From the IMG/VR virus record IMGVR_UViG_3300020020_000027, positions 11,157 through 75,156 of that record: DNA of 64,000 bases; one strand, given 5' to 3'. Below, one piece after another: positions 19,369 through 28,643 of the stretch. A program made the position numbers and the translations under genes. Position 1 is the first letter of the stretch. Each line of letters starts with the position of its first letter. The notes beneath the pieces were generated by a model, which made no database searches, was not told the DNA's origin, and worked only from the letters and a program-made list of their open reading frames with translations. Origin of the DNA: a virus.

Positions 19369-20108
19369 TAACTACACCTCACAACAAAGAAGTTTACCAA
19401 CTTGCTGCTACCAGTAGAACCGAATCGAACAGTAAAATCTGATGTCGAGTATCCATCCAAACTCCATTGCAATGTGCTGCCTGACTGATGTACAGTAATT
19501 ATTGGTAGCATAGGATCGGCGAATGGCGTAAAATAAGCATGTGTCCATGTAGAGAAACCAGAGCTTGCCAGGAATACTCCAGGATAAAATGTTTGTCTGT
19601 TATCGTATTGCCATGAGTCTCGTATTTTACCTTTAAGCAGAATTATTTCTGGTATGACTGGATCTACCCCCAGCCAAACATATGATTCATTTCCACCAAA
19701 TGGTAGATGGGAAAGCATACCAAATCTTCTGGTCAGGATTACCTTACCACCATCCTGAAAAAGATCAGCTAACCTTTCTACTTGTATCTGTACAGCTTGA
19801 TCCTTGTCTGGTGGTATACCAAAATCAAAGCCGAACCAGGATATTTCATGGGTATCATTATCACCTAATGGGAACATGCGAATTTCCGGAACAGAACCAT
19901 GCATGATTCTAAGCACAGTCGTTCCGTCTGATTCTTTAACCTTAATGTCTCCATTAAGTACGATCAGATCACCATCCTCAATTGAGGTGTGACCAATCCG
20001 CAAGCCAACTTCAGAATTCCTTACTCTTTCAGTAAGATCCTTAACATATTCGATAATATCTGGTTGTCCACGAAGTCTTGTAGGCTCAGCGTCATATCTA
20101 TTACTCAT
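19368..20108 (-). CDS. Minor tail protein
   Basis: Synteny after the hub protein; short N-terminal coiled segment then beta-rich. Confidence 0.65.
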   Translation of the reverse strand: MSNRYDAEPTRLRGQPDIIEYVKDLTERVRNSEVGLRIGHTSIEDGDLIVLNGDIKVKESDGTTVLRIMHGSVPEIRMFPLGDNDTHEISWFGFDFGIPPDKDQAVQIQVERLADLFQDGGKVILTRRFGMLSHLPFGGNESYVWLGVDPVIPEIILLKGKIRDSWQYDNRQTFYPGVFLASSGFSTWTHAYFTPFADPMLPIITVHQSGSTLQWSLDGYSTSDFTVRFGSTGSSKLVNFFVVRCS

Positions 20109-21175
20109 GAAACATCACCCTCAAACATTAGTCGAACATATTCTACGTGATCATCACTGGGTGGGTAATACTCCCAGCCTAAAATTCTAGAATTAAATAT
20201 TAAATTAGATCCGATATGTGATGGATCATTAAAATGAATTTCTGCTTTATCGCCCAATCCATAGCTACCAAACTGCGGCTCCAGGTCACCCTTGACCTCA
20301 ACCGTGTAAACCGGTACTCCGGCCTTCCTAAACCTTGACGCTTGTACAGTCAATCCGGTAAGCAAACCTGCATCAGATATGTCTTTAAAGCTAAGTGCCA
20401 CATCGTATCTAGGAAAATTCGAGTTAATTAGATCTGTATGTATCACTTCTTGGGTCAGCATAGACGAGCCCTCGCCCGCGCCTACTCCGTAGATATGGGT
20501 GGCCCTGCCGGACATGGAGCCGTTGTTCCAGTAGTTTGTAATTTCGCCATCGTAATACAATATTAGCGGCTCATTTGAACCTAGGGTGGGATAACCAATT
20601 CTCAAAGTCTTAGTAAAAGCTCCTTCGCTTTCCGCGACATCTATGGTCCAATCGAAACCATCATCGCCATTAGCAACGCTATCCATGGCTTGGCGGTATC
20701 GCTTAAATTCTACTCCCTTTACCATAAGGGTCTTGAGTACCACATCAGGAAAAGATGAAGGTAGGGTTACTTGCCAACTGTTTGAATCGGACATCATTGA
20801 AGTCCAAAGATTTAGAAATATATTACGCTGCTCAACTTCTATTTCTTCAATGTCAACTAAAATCAATCGAGCTTCAGGATAGCTTTCAAAAGCTTTGCAA
20901 TATAACTCATAAATCTTTGCTTGACTCTGATAAGTTCTGGTCCACACGATCCCGCCCCAAATCGGCTGGGTATCACGTAAACACATTACATAGCATCTTC
21001 CCTCTTCAGTAGCCGACATCAAATCACTATTGTCTTTACCGGTCTGATCTAATTGAAATGAACCACGCAATTCACCTTGACCAAATCCACGAGTCATTGA
21101 CACACCCTGAAGACGAATTTCTTCAATTATTTGTCCAGTCAGCATGTCACCAAAAACGTAAGCAATATCCGCCAT
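20105..21175 (-). CDS. Minor tail / baseplate hub protein
   Basis: GDMLTGQIIEEI...PIWGGIVW...GFDW...YGVGAGEG...YGLGD pattern of actinophage hub proteins. Confidence 0.75.
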   Translation of the reverse strand: MADIAYVFGDMLTGQIIEEIRLQGVSMTRGFGQGELRGSFQLDQTGKDNSDLMSATEEGRCYVMCLRDTQPIWGGIVWTRTYQSQAKIYELYCKAFESYPEARLILVDIEEIEVEQRNIFLNLWTSMMSDSNSWQVTLPSSFPDVVLKTLMVKGVEFKRYRQAMDSVANGDDGFDWTIDVAESEGAFTKTLRIGYPTLGSNEPLILYYDGEITNYWNNGSMSGRATHIYGVGAGEGSSMLTQEVIHTDLINSNFPRYDVALSFKDISDAGLLTGLTVQASRFRKAGVPVYTVEVKGDLEPQFGSYGLGDKAEIHFNDPSHIGSNLIFNSRILGWEYYPPSDDHVEYVRLMFEGDVS

Positions 21176-21183
21176 AAGCTCTC

Positions 21184-22365
21184 CTAGATAAAACCATATA
21201 AAGCAAAACTCGATCCAGCAATAAAGCTTCCTGCTCCAGGCACCAATCTAATCGAAGTAATTGCCGCAGAACTGCGCCATCTACCCATAGCATTACGTGT
21301 TACCAAGGATCCAGTCGCAGTACCATTGCTCCATGAACTTTGGTTAATTGATAGCTTTAAGAATGTAGTAGATGCATACCAAGGAATGTCAATAGTGAAT
21401 ATTGCTGGATGACTCGCCGTAGTACCGGCTGCTGGCATCTCACGCATGGGGATGCCAATTTGGGCCAACGACTCAACAGCAGCCGTAGCAGCCTGCTGAC
21501 CTGCCATCTCCTGGTAGTCATAGTTCGCAGCAGTGTCTCCGTTGAATTGCATGAACAGGTTTGTCTGAACACCTGCTGTATCAGATCTACAAAGCACATA
21601 CAACCTTAAGTTTCTATACGTCGCTGGAATGGATGAGAAAGTAACTGACGCAGTCGTTCCTACCAAGACCGATTCATTTATCTTAGCAAATCCAGCAGGA
21701 TATACTTGGTTATATGCCGCACCATCCCAAATATATTCCCGGCCAACATCCATAGACCAAACACGCTGTCCGGCAGATATCTCAGTGCTTCCTGGACGGG
21801 TAGCATCGCTTCTTGCCCTTATTTGTCCACCAAGGGCTGCCATATATATTCTGGTGTCAGTTATTTCACCATTAGTAATAGCCGTATCGTTGGCAGCAAC
21901 CGCCACCTGTGCAACAGTAATAGAATTAGCCGGAGCTGCTGGTACTGCTGGAGATGAAGCAGGAGTACCAGTTATTACCTGAAGCTGTACATCATTGCTT
22001 GCCCCACTGTATTGTGCATCACGTACATTAACGACAACGATATCAATTCGGGCCAAGGTAGCATGGGCGGCGGCGATGCTCAAAGTTACCTGAGCATCAT
22101 TGACAGCGAAATAGTTTCCTTGTGTGCTGCTCTCTGAACCAGGAATAGAGCACGCTCCCGATCCCACCAGCACAGTCATGTTGGGTGAACCCGCCTGAGT
22201 GACGGCAAACTCAGTACCGAAGCCCTGATGCACTCCGCCTCGGGCTCTTAGTGATGTTGCAGAGGAAAAAGTTCCGGCCTGAAGCGATGCCAAATACATC
22301 CGCATCTGCGCCGCTGTATGCGTGCTCAGCGCCTGTATCCAACCGGGCGGATTTAGAATTGTCAT
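21184..22365 (-). CDS. Minor tail protein
   Basis: SPNMTVLV..G...LARIDIVV...GTPASSPAVP motif typical of actinophage minor tails. Confidence 0.75.
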   Translation of the reverse strand: MTILNPPGWIQALSTHTAAQMRMYLASLQAGTFSSATSLRARGGVHQGFGTEFAVTQAGSPNMTVLVGSGACSIPGSESSTQGNYFAVNDAQVTLSIAAAHATLARIDIVVVNVRDAQYSGASNDVQLQVITGTPASSPAVPAAPANSITVAQVAVAANDTAITNGEITDTRIYMAALGGQIRARSDATRPGSTEISAGQRVWSMDVGREYIWDGAAYNQVYPAGFAKINESVLVGTTASVTFSSIPATYRNLRLYVLCRSDTAGVQTNLFMQFNGDTAANYDYQEMAGQQAATAAVESLAQIGIPMREMPAAGTTASHPAIFTIDIPWYASTTFLKLSINQSSWSNGTATGSLVTRNAMGRWRSSAAITSIRLVPGAGSFIAGSSFALYGFI

Positions 22366-22366
22366 A

Positions 22367-23227
22367 TTATCTCCAAGCCGAACGGAAGCTAACGTTCAAC
22401 GAACTACCCACACCAGCTGACGCACCATAGCGAATAAATGTGCTTCCGGGATTCAAGAAAAACCATTCGAAGTTGGTCATGGTGTTTCTTCGATTAACTG
22501 TACCATTCAATCGTACTGTTTTATATAAAGCATCTATCACCAAGGTTTCGCCTGCGGCTAAGTCTATATTGAAAGCTAAAATATTACCATAAGTTTCATC
22601 ACGTATTGATGGACTGGTAGACGGACCGGTAATGGTAAAGATTGGTGGTGTCGGTCTATTGCCTGCATTGTTGACAAAGCTTCCATCTGGTGATGCCGCC
22701 CCACCAAAGCTGAGATCAAAATCTAAGTTGAACCCAAAACCCGTAAGTGACCCAGCTGTGAATGGAATATCAACTAAGTTAGATGTCGAAGTATAAATTC
22801 TTGGGTCCTCAGCGAACATTTTGAATTGAGCTTTAGCTTGACCCGTACGTCTGATCTGTTCCCAATCGTACTTAACTCCCAATGGCTTTACGTATACTAC
22901 TCTTTCATCTAATCCTGGTACTTTAAAATAAAATGGTAATGTAACTCTGCTGGGCGCAAAATTGAATTTCAGTGAGTCCAGATAAGTTTCCATTGTACCA
23001 GAATCAGTGAAGATTTCAGCATTTATTAGTATGTCCCGCCCACGCTCAAATTCAGCATCCATGAATCCGCCATCTGCACCTTCATGCTCTCTTCGCGTTT
23101 CGCGGTATGGTGCATTATCCAGTCCTATCACGGTAATGACATCAACGAAGGGCAAACCCGAGGAACTAGAGTTAAGCACAATCCCTGAGTTCCCCAACAT
23201 AAACGTGAGATCTTCGGTTAATGTCAT
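22367..23227 (-). CDS. Distal tail protein (Dit)
   Basis: Directly after the tape measure; AEDPRIY, NAGNRPTPP..ITGP and terminal SAWR. Confidence 0.8.
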   Translation of the reverse strand: MTLTEDLTFMLGNSGIVLNSSSSGLPFVDVITVIGLDNAPYRETRREHEGADGGFMDAEFERGRDILINAEIFTDSGTMETYLDSLKFNFAPSRVTLPFYFKVPGLDERVVYVKPLGVKYDWEQIRRTGQAKAQFKMFAEDPRIYTSTSNLVDIPFTAGSLTGFGFNLDFDLSFGGAASPDGSFVNNAGNRPTPPIFTITGPSTSPSIRDETYGNILAFNIDLAAGETLVIDALYKTVRLNGTVNRRNTMTNFEWFFLNPGSTFIRYGASAGVGSSLNVSFRSAWR

Positions 23228-23235
23228 TTAGGACC

Positions 23236-25995
23236 TCATAGCCTATTACCCAGCTCGAACCCAAGCTCCTCAGCGTGGATTCTCGGGTTGATTTCCTGCG
23301 TACTTACTGTGATGTTTTGAATTATGGTCTTCTCCTGCACCGGAACACCAGCAAATGCGGTAGTGGGAACAGTAAAAGTAGGAGCTGCTAGTTGTCCGAT
23401 CTGTCCCGTTACTCCCTGTAGCTGAGCCTTTATCACAGGGATCTGACTCATCAGACCATTCAAGAATCCCTGCATGATATTCTTACCCACTGGAACCAAG
23501 AGCTTGAGGTCAACAGACTTTGGCCCCTTGACCTTAGGGATCATATCGGTAATCTCTTTAAGTTTCTCTCGCAGATCCTTAACTTTCTCAGTGATACCTC
23601 TAATAAAGCCCAGAATCAAGTTTCTACCAGCGTCAATCAACCAATCGCCAGCATTCTTAAAGAAATCAAGTAGCGGCTTGACTGCATTACGGACGGAGTC
23701 AACAATGTCTCTCCACGCACCACCAAATTTATCCCGGACACTGTTGGCCACATCAAAAACAAAGTCTCGCACCTTCTGTGCCCATCCACTTACCACATTG
23801 AACACGTCTCGCCAGAACGAAAGCGAAGCATCGTATACCTTGTGCCAAGCATCGGATATCTTCTGGGCTATTGGGTTTATCCAGTCCTTTATTATCTCAC
23901 TAATCAACGTGGTAAAGAATCTAATTACATCAAGAATTAAACCGAACACTTCGCGGAATAGATCAGTTAGTGGCCTCAATCTATCCGCAACATTCTGGGC
24001 AACCTCCATGATAAATCCGACGACTCGGTCACGTAGATTAACAAAGAATGATACCACAGCATTGAAAGCTATAACTATCCACGACCACAGTGTCTTGAGG
24101 GCATTGACAAAAGCAAAGACACTTAATATTACCCCCGCAATTATAGTGACGAAGGCCAACAAAGGTGCCGCAAGCATCACTGCGCCTATGATTAGCATCC
24201 ACTTCACCAGTTGCGCAGCGAAGGCAAGGAACGGTCGGATAGAATCGGAATTCTTCTCCCACCATTCGGCCATCTTATTTATTGCAGGGATAACAAAGTT
24301 GTTTATTACATCAGCTATATACTCGAATGCCTGTCCTGCAAGGTCTTGAATTATTCGAGCAGATTCTTTAATCTTGGGTACAACAACCTCAACCCAAATT
24401 TGAATAAACCTTCTCACTGCTGGAAGGATCTTATTTTCGATCACTTCCCACAGTCGCTCAAGCGCTGGCCTAAGGTTACTGTCGAACGATTTCTGTACAC
24501 TCTGTGCTGCCTGCATCGCCGTGCGCCAGAAATCAACAATAACTCTATTTATTTGCGATATGATATCTCTAAATTGTTGACTGTTCTTCCAAGCTAGAAC
24601 GAACGCTGTACCGAATGCCAAAATAGCAGCAGTTACTGCGGCAATTGCCGCTAGTATTGCTACCAACGCGGTACCCGCCAGCATAATTCCGGAGACGAAG
24701 AAAGCCAATACACCAATTAGAACGACCAGTACACCAACTGCAATTGATATTACTGATCCCCATAGGAGCACTTGGGCAATGACATTCTTTACTGGCTCGG
24801 GTAGCCGCTCAAACGCATCCAGTACCCGTCCTAGGATGGTCATGAATTGAATCAAATGCGGCATTACTGCGCGGCCAAGTGTTTCTTTTATAAGTTTCCA
24901 CTTGTTCTCTAGCAATACCGTCTTTGCTGCTACACTATTAGCCATAGTTTCGTAAGAATTTTGGAATACTCCGGTAGAGTTGGTCATGAAACCCATCATC
25001 TCTTCGAAGTCACCAAAGTTCTTAAATGCTGTGTCCCAGAACCTCCTGGCCTGAATTGTGCCGCCTGCACCTTTGAACAATTCTTGGAAGAATGCCGCTC
25101 GCTCAGGCTGTGCCATCTCAGCAAGCTTTTTGTTCATTTGGGTCATGACCTCAATTAGAGGTAAGAATTCTCCTCTTGCGTCTCTGACCTTTATTCCGAT
25201 TTGTTCCAGTCGACCAACTGTAGTTGGGTGGGCGAAAGATTCCAAAGCTCTTGCTGCTGAAGCAGCAGCCATAGCAGCAGACAAACCGTTTCGGGTGAGG
25301 AATGCCAGCATGGCACCCAATGTCTCAATGGACTGTCCAGATCTAGCCGCAGCAGGGAGCGCTCTACCAATGACGTTAGACAATTCCTCATAGGTGATAA
25401 CACCCTTTCGAACAATTTGGAACTGTACATCCTGAATACGACCAAGGTCTTTCGTACTCAAGCCCAAAGAGTTCAAGATTGCAATGTTAGATCTGGCTGC
25501 ATTTTCAATAGTAGTTTGTCCAGCAACCGCTTCCTTGGCAAAACCTTTAAGTAATTGTTCAGATTCAGCTAGAGTTACATTCATCGATGAGAAGACAAAG
25601 AACAGAGTTTCTTGCATCTGCTCAAACGGAATTTCAACCTCGCGGGCTACCCTCCGGCCAACCGCAGCCAAGTCTTCCAGACTGATGGAAACATCATCGA
25701 CCTGAGTCTTAGTCGCGCGCACTTGCTTTTCGTAAGCTACTGCAACATCGGAAGCACTTTTAAGGAAATGTAGTCCTGCAACTCCCATACCGGCCATGGC
25801 AGTACCGGCTAGCATTGACGTCATAGCGAATTGCTGCATAGTCAATGCTAACCGCTGCATACTCCGATCAAAATTACTCATATTAGAAGCCGCAGCATTT
25901 GCCGCAGATCCAACGTTATTGCCAAATGAGCGTATAATCCTACTAGCTTCGTCCCTGGCACGAAGCACGATCCATAGATCACGGGTTATGGCCAT
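23236..25995 (-). CDS. Tape measure protein
   Basis: 919 aa, LRARDEAS N-terminus, TP901-like core, hydrophobic segments, periodic Trp/Phe. Confidence 0.92.
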   Translation of the reverse strand: MAITRDLWIVLRARDEASRIIRSFGNNVGSAANAAASNMSNFDRSMQRLALTMQQFAMTSMLAGTAMAGMGVAGLHFLKSASDVAVAYEKQVRATKTQVDDVSISLEDLAAVGRRVAREVEIPFEQMQETLFFVFSSMNVTLAESEQLLKGFAKEAVAGQTTIENAARSNIAILNSLGLSTKDLGRIQDVQFQIVRKGVITYEELSNVIGRALPAAARSGQSIETLGAMLAFLTRNGLSAAMAAASAARALESFAHPTTVGRLEQIGIKVRDARGEFLPLIEVMTQMNKKLAEMAQPERAAFFQELFKGAGGTIQARRFWDTAFKNFGDFEEMMGFMTNSTGVFQNSYETMANSVAAKTVLLENKWKLIKETLGRAVMPHLIQFMTILGRVLDAFERLPEPVKNVIAQVLLWGSVISIAVGVLVVLIGVLAFFVSGIMLAGTALVAILAAIAAVTAAILAFGTAFVLAWKNSQQFRDIISQINRVIVDFWRTAMQAAQSVQKSFDSNLRPALERLWEVIENKILPAVRRFIQIWVEVVVPKIKESARIIQDLAGQAFEYIADVINNFVIPAINKMAEWWEKNSDSIRPFLAFAAQLVKWMLIIGAVMLAAPLLAFVTIIAGVILSVFAFVNALKTLWSWIVIAFNAVVSFFVNLRDRVVGFIMEVAQNVADRLRPLTDLFREVFGLILDVIRFFTTLISEIIKDWINPIAQKISDAWHKVYDASLSFWRDVFNVVSGWAQKVRDFVFDVANSVRDKFGGAWRDIVDSVRNAVKPLLDFFKNAGDWLIDAGRNLILGFIRGITEKVKDLREKLKEITDMIPKVKGPKSVDLKLLVPVGKNIMQGFLNGLMSQIPVIKAQLQGVTGQIGQLAAPTFTVPTTAFAGVPVQEKTIIQNITVSTQEINPRIHAEELGFELGNRL

Positions 25996-26003
25996 TTAGC
26001 ACC

Positions 26004-26602
26004 TTAAGTTTTGTTGTTTTTATTATCCAGCTCGGCTCGAACTGCCCTAGCTTCCTGCACTCCATGTAAGAGGAACATGAATAGTGCATCTTGCTGTAAT
26101 ATACCGCCAGGTCTAGGGAGGGCATTCAATTCTTGACAATCATTAATTAGTTGAATGACTAATCCAACGTCAATATCAACTTGCTTAGCCTTTGTCAGTA
26201 TGGCAGCTCTGAGCCGATGCGCTAGTTTTTTATATCTTCGTCCTCTTCAAAAGAATTCAACTCATTAATGTACTTTTGGATCTCGTCACCTATCCTACCT
26301 TCAAGAATTTTGACATGTGCTGGATTCTTGAAATCAAGCAATTTATCATTGGCATCAGTTAAATTATGCCTAACGATTAGATTCGCAAATTCCCAAAGCG
26401 TAGTCTTCTCTTGCAGCAAATCCATTTGCAGTTTCATCGAATCGTTCTTGGATTTACTTTGCATTTCCATTGCAACAGATGCCATCATGTCTTTTCTAAC
26501 CAAAGACTCACCAAATGTCATCCGCCGAATTTCAACCACGCCACCTTGACAAGATGTTAGCTTGAATTCATCAGAATTCTGTATAACTACAGCAATAGGC
26601 AT
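26004..26602 (-). CDS. Tail assembly chaperone; short form 26222-26602, long form by -1 frameshift to 26004
   Basis: Slippery A-AAA-AAC (26225-26231) immediately before TAG; the -1 frame stays open for about 75 codons and contains LPRPGG..QQ. Confidence 0.8.
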
Positions 26603-26615
26603 TGAAAATTGCTCC

Positions 26616-26777
26616 TTAAGTACTAATAACAGGTATCGCGATAACGAGTAGAAAGAACACCGAAAGTAGAGTCAGACCTAGTGGAAGCATTCCGACGCTG
26701 GTTCGGAAAGTCTCCACAAGAAAACAAGCTATTGCAGCTAGTATTGCAATCAAAGCTATCAAAGCGAGTGGGTCCAT
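26616..26777 (-). CDS. 53-aa two-TM membrane protein (not in the ORF track)
   Basis: GGGGAG RBS; MDPLALIALIAILAAIACFLVETFRTSVGMLPLGLTLLSVFFLLVIAIPVIST fills the gap. Confidence 0.6.
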   Translation of the reverse strand: MDPLALIALIAILAAIACFLVETFRTSVGMLPLGLTLLSVFFLLVIAIPVIST

Positions 26778-26791
26778 CTTGACTCCCCCAA

Positions 26792-28621
26792 TCAGAACGA
26801 TACATAGACATCGACTTCATTGGCATCCGGGTGTGATCTTGGTCGTATCCCGATCGAACCGGTACCGTATGTTACCCCAGACTGCTTACTCTTGAGGATC
26901 GGGTAACCGTCCGAGGCAAAGGCCATAATCTGCACACTAATTCGCTTGACATACGTAGTATTACCAGCCACAGTTTTTGGCTTAAGGTATATACAATGCT
27001 TGCCAACCAATGGCATCCAACCATGAATATCTGTGCCAGCTACGCCACCGGATATTTGCCTGGCCAGATCCGTTTCGTTCACCCGATTAACTGTTGGCAC
27101 GGTCACCCCCACAATCAGCCTGGCAGCATCACTGGATGTAGCTTGCCCTATTACTTTAGCCTTTACCTTCGACAGTGGCCTCGACGTATTTGTCTCTACT
27201 ATCTGACCAACTGCTTTAATCTTCTTACTTGATATAGCCTGTGCAGTGTCTGTTTCAACAACTTGTCCAACTGTGGATGGTGCACCAGGGCTGATAACAG
27301 ACTGTGCGGTATTCGTTTGTTGTACTTGTCCAACAAGCTTTACCTTACTCTTGGACACCGTATTTGCTGTGTTGGTATTTACTACTTGACCAATGGTCAC
27401 AGTCTTGCGTCGAGTTACTACTTGGGCAGTTTCAGTTTCAGTAACTTGACCGATAGCTTTAACTTTAAGCTTGGTGAATGCCTGGGCAGTATTGACGTTG
27501 GTTATTTGACCAACAGCACGGGTCTTGCGTCGAGTAAATGCCTGTGCAGTATCAGCGGCAGCAACCTGAGTTACTGTCTTGGTTTTAAGTTCATTTATTG
27601 TTTGGGTAGTATTGCTGTTTACTACCTGACCAATAGTCCGGGTCTTTCTGACTGCAACATTCTGGGCAGTATTAGTCTGAACAACCTGCCCAACAACAAT
27701 GGTTTGGCCAGTAAGCTCAGTAACTGCATTCGAGGCACTGATCTCGCTGACTTGCCCAATTGTTCTCGTCTTGCGTCTGGTTACTGCCTGTGCGGTATTA
27801 GTCTCGACTATTTGTGTGAATGCTTTGAGCTTACGTTTGGTAATAGCTTGCGCGGTATCAGTTGCAGCTATTTGTCCAACAACTTTAGTTTTACGCTTAG
27901 TTATAGCTTGTGCTGTATTGGTATTAGTAACTTGGTTTACTGTAACATTTATTGGTGCAGCAGCAGCTCCAATAACGGCAATAAGAACTTGAGCTTTGAA
28001 GTTGGCCGTCAACAACAATGTGGCAGTACAAGTGCCAGTGGAACCGGCAACAGCCTTTTCACCAGTCATCATGGTGAAACCGCCACCACCACCGGCTGTT
28101 GCCCAACCATCCATTCGTTCGGTGACGCTGGCAAGAGTAGCGTTAGCCCAAGTGGAAGTACCCGCAGTAGATGAAACATCTTGACCGGTAGCAAAAGCAG
28201 CCATAACTAGGCGGTTAGCACCTGCGGTAGTACCTGCGGCAATGCTAACTGAAGTATCCGCCACCAGCTCTGTGGTAGGAGTAGCAAAGTCGAATGGCGT
28301 TCCAGTAGTAACACAACCACGCAGGATAATCATCCGACCAACCATGTGGTCGCCTGCATCGGCTATTGAAGGTGCAGCCTCACTTGCGGTTAATCTACGC
28401 CAAAGAACTGTGAGTTTAGTCGGGGCTGTTCCTGTCGAAACATTGGATTGGGTTGCTTGTGCCCAGTTAGTGGGTGGCGTGACGGTATCACCAGTAGCTG
28501 ACTCGATGAAAGTAAAAGCTACGTCGTTGAGTATTGCAGTGTATCCACCGGGATAAGCGGGGGTAATGCCAGCAGCACCGCTAGTGACAGCACCTACACC
28601 AACTACCGTTGGCATTGCCAT
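26792..28621 (-). CDS. Virion fibre/decoration protein with about 15 repeats of ~20 aa
   Basis: Repeats of (V/I)GQxxxTxTAQAxTxxKxKx after a Thr/Ala-rich globular domain. Confidence 0.7.
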   Translation of the reverse strand: MAMPTVVGVGAVTSGAAGITPAYPGGYTAILNDVAFTFIESATGDTVTPPTNWAQATQSNVSTGTAPTKLTVLWRRLTASEAAPSIADAGDHMVGRMIILRGCVTTGTPFDFATPTTELVADTSVSIAAGTTAGANRLVMAAFATGQDVSSTAGTSTWANATLASVTERMDGWATAGGGGGFTMMTGEKAVAGSTGTCTATLLLTANFKAQVLIAVIGAAAAPINVTVNQVTNTNTAQAITKRKTKVVGQIAATDTAQAITKRKLKAFTQIVETNTAQAVTRRKTRTIGQVSEISASNAVTELTGQTIVVGQVVQTNTAQNVAVRKTRTIGQVVNSNTTQTINELKTKTVTQVAAADTAQAFTRRKTRAVGQITNVNTAQAFTKLKVKAIGQVTETETAQVVTRRKTVTIGQVVNTNTANTVSKSKVKLVGQVQQTNTAQSVISPGAPSTVGQVVETDTAQAISSKKIKAVGQIVETNTSRPLSKVKAKVIGQATSSDAARLIVGVTVPTVNRVNETDLARQISGGVAGTDIHGWMPLVGKHCIYLKPKTVAGNTTYVKRISVQIMAFASDGYPILKSKQSGVTYGTGSIGIRPRSHPDANEVDVYVSF

Positions 28622-28643
28622 CTATTACACCCCCCTACCTCCA

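Noticed and set aside
26623-26826. 67-aa ORF from the track
   Set aside because: An alternative frame (26616-26777) has a better RBS, no overlap and a coherent TM peptide.
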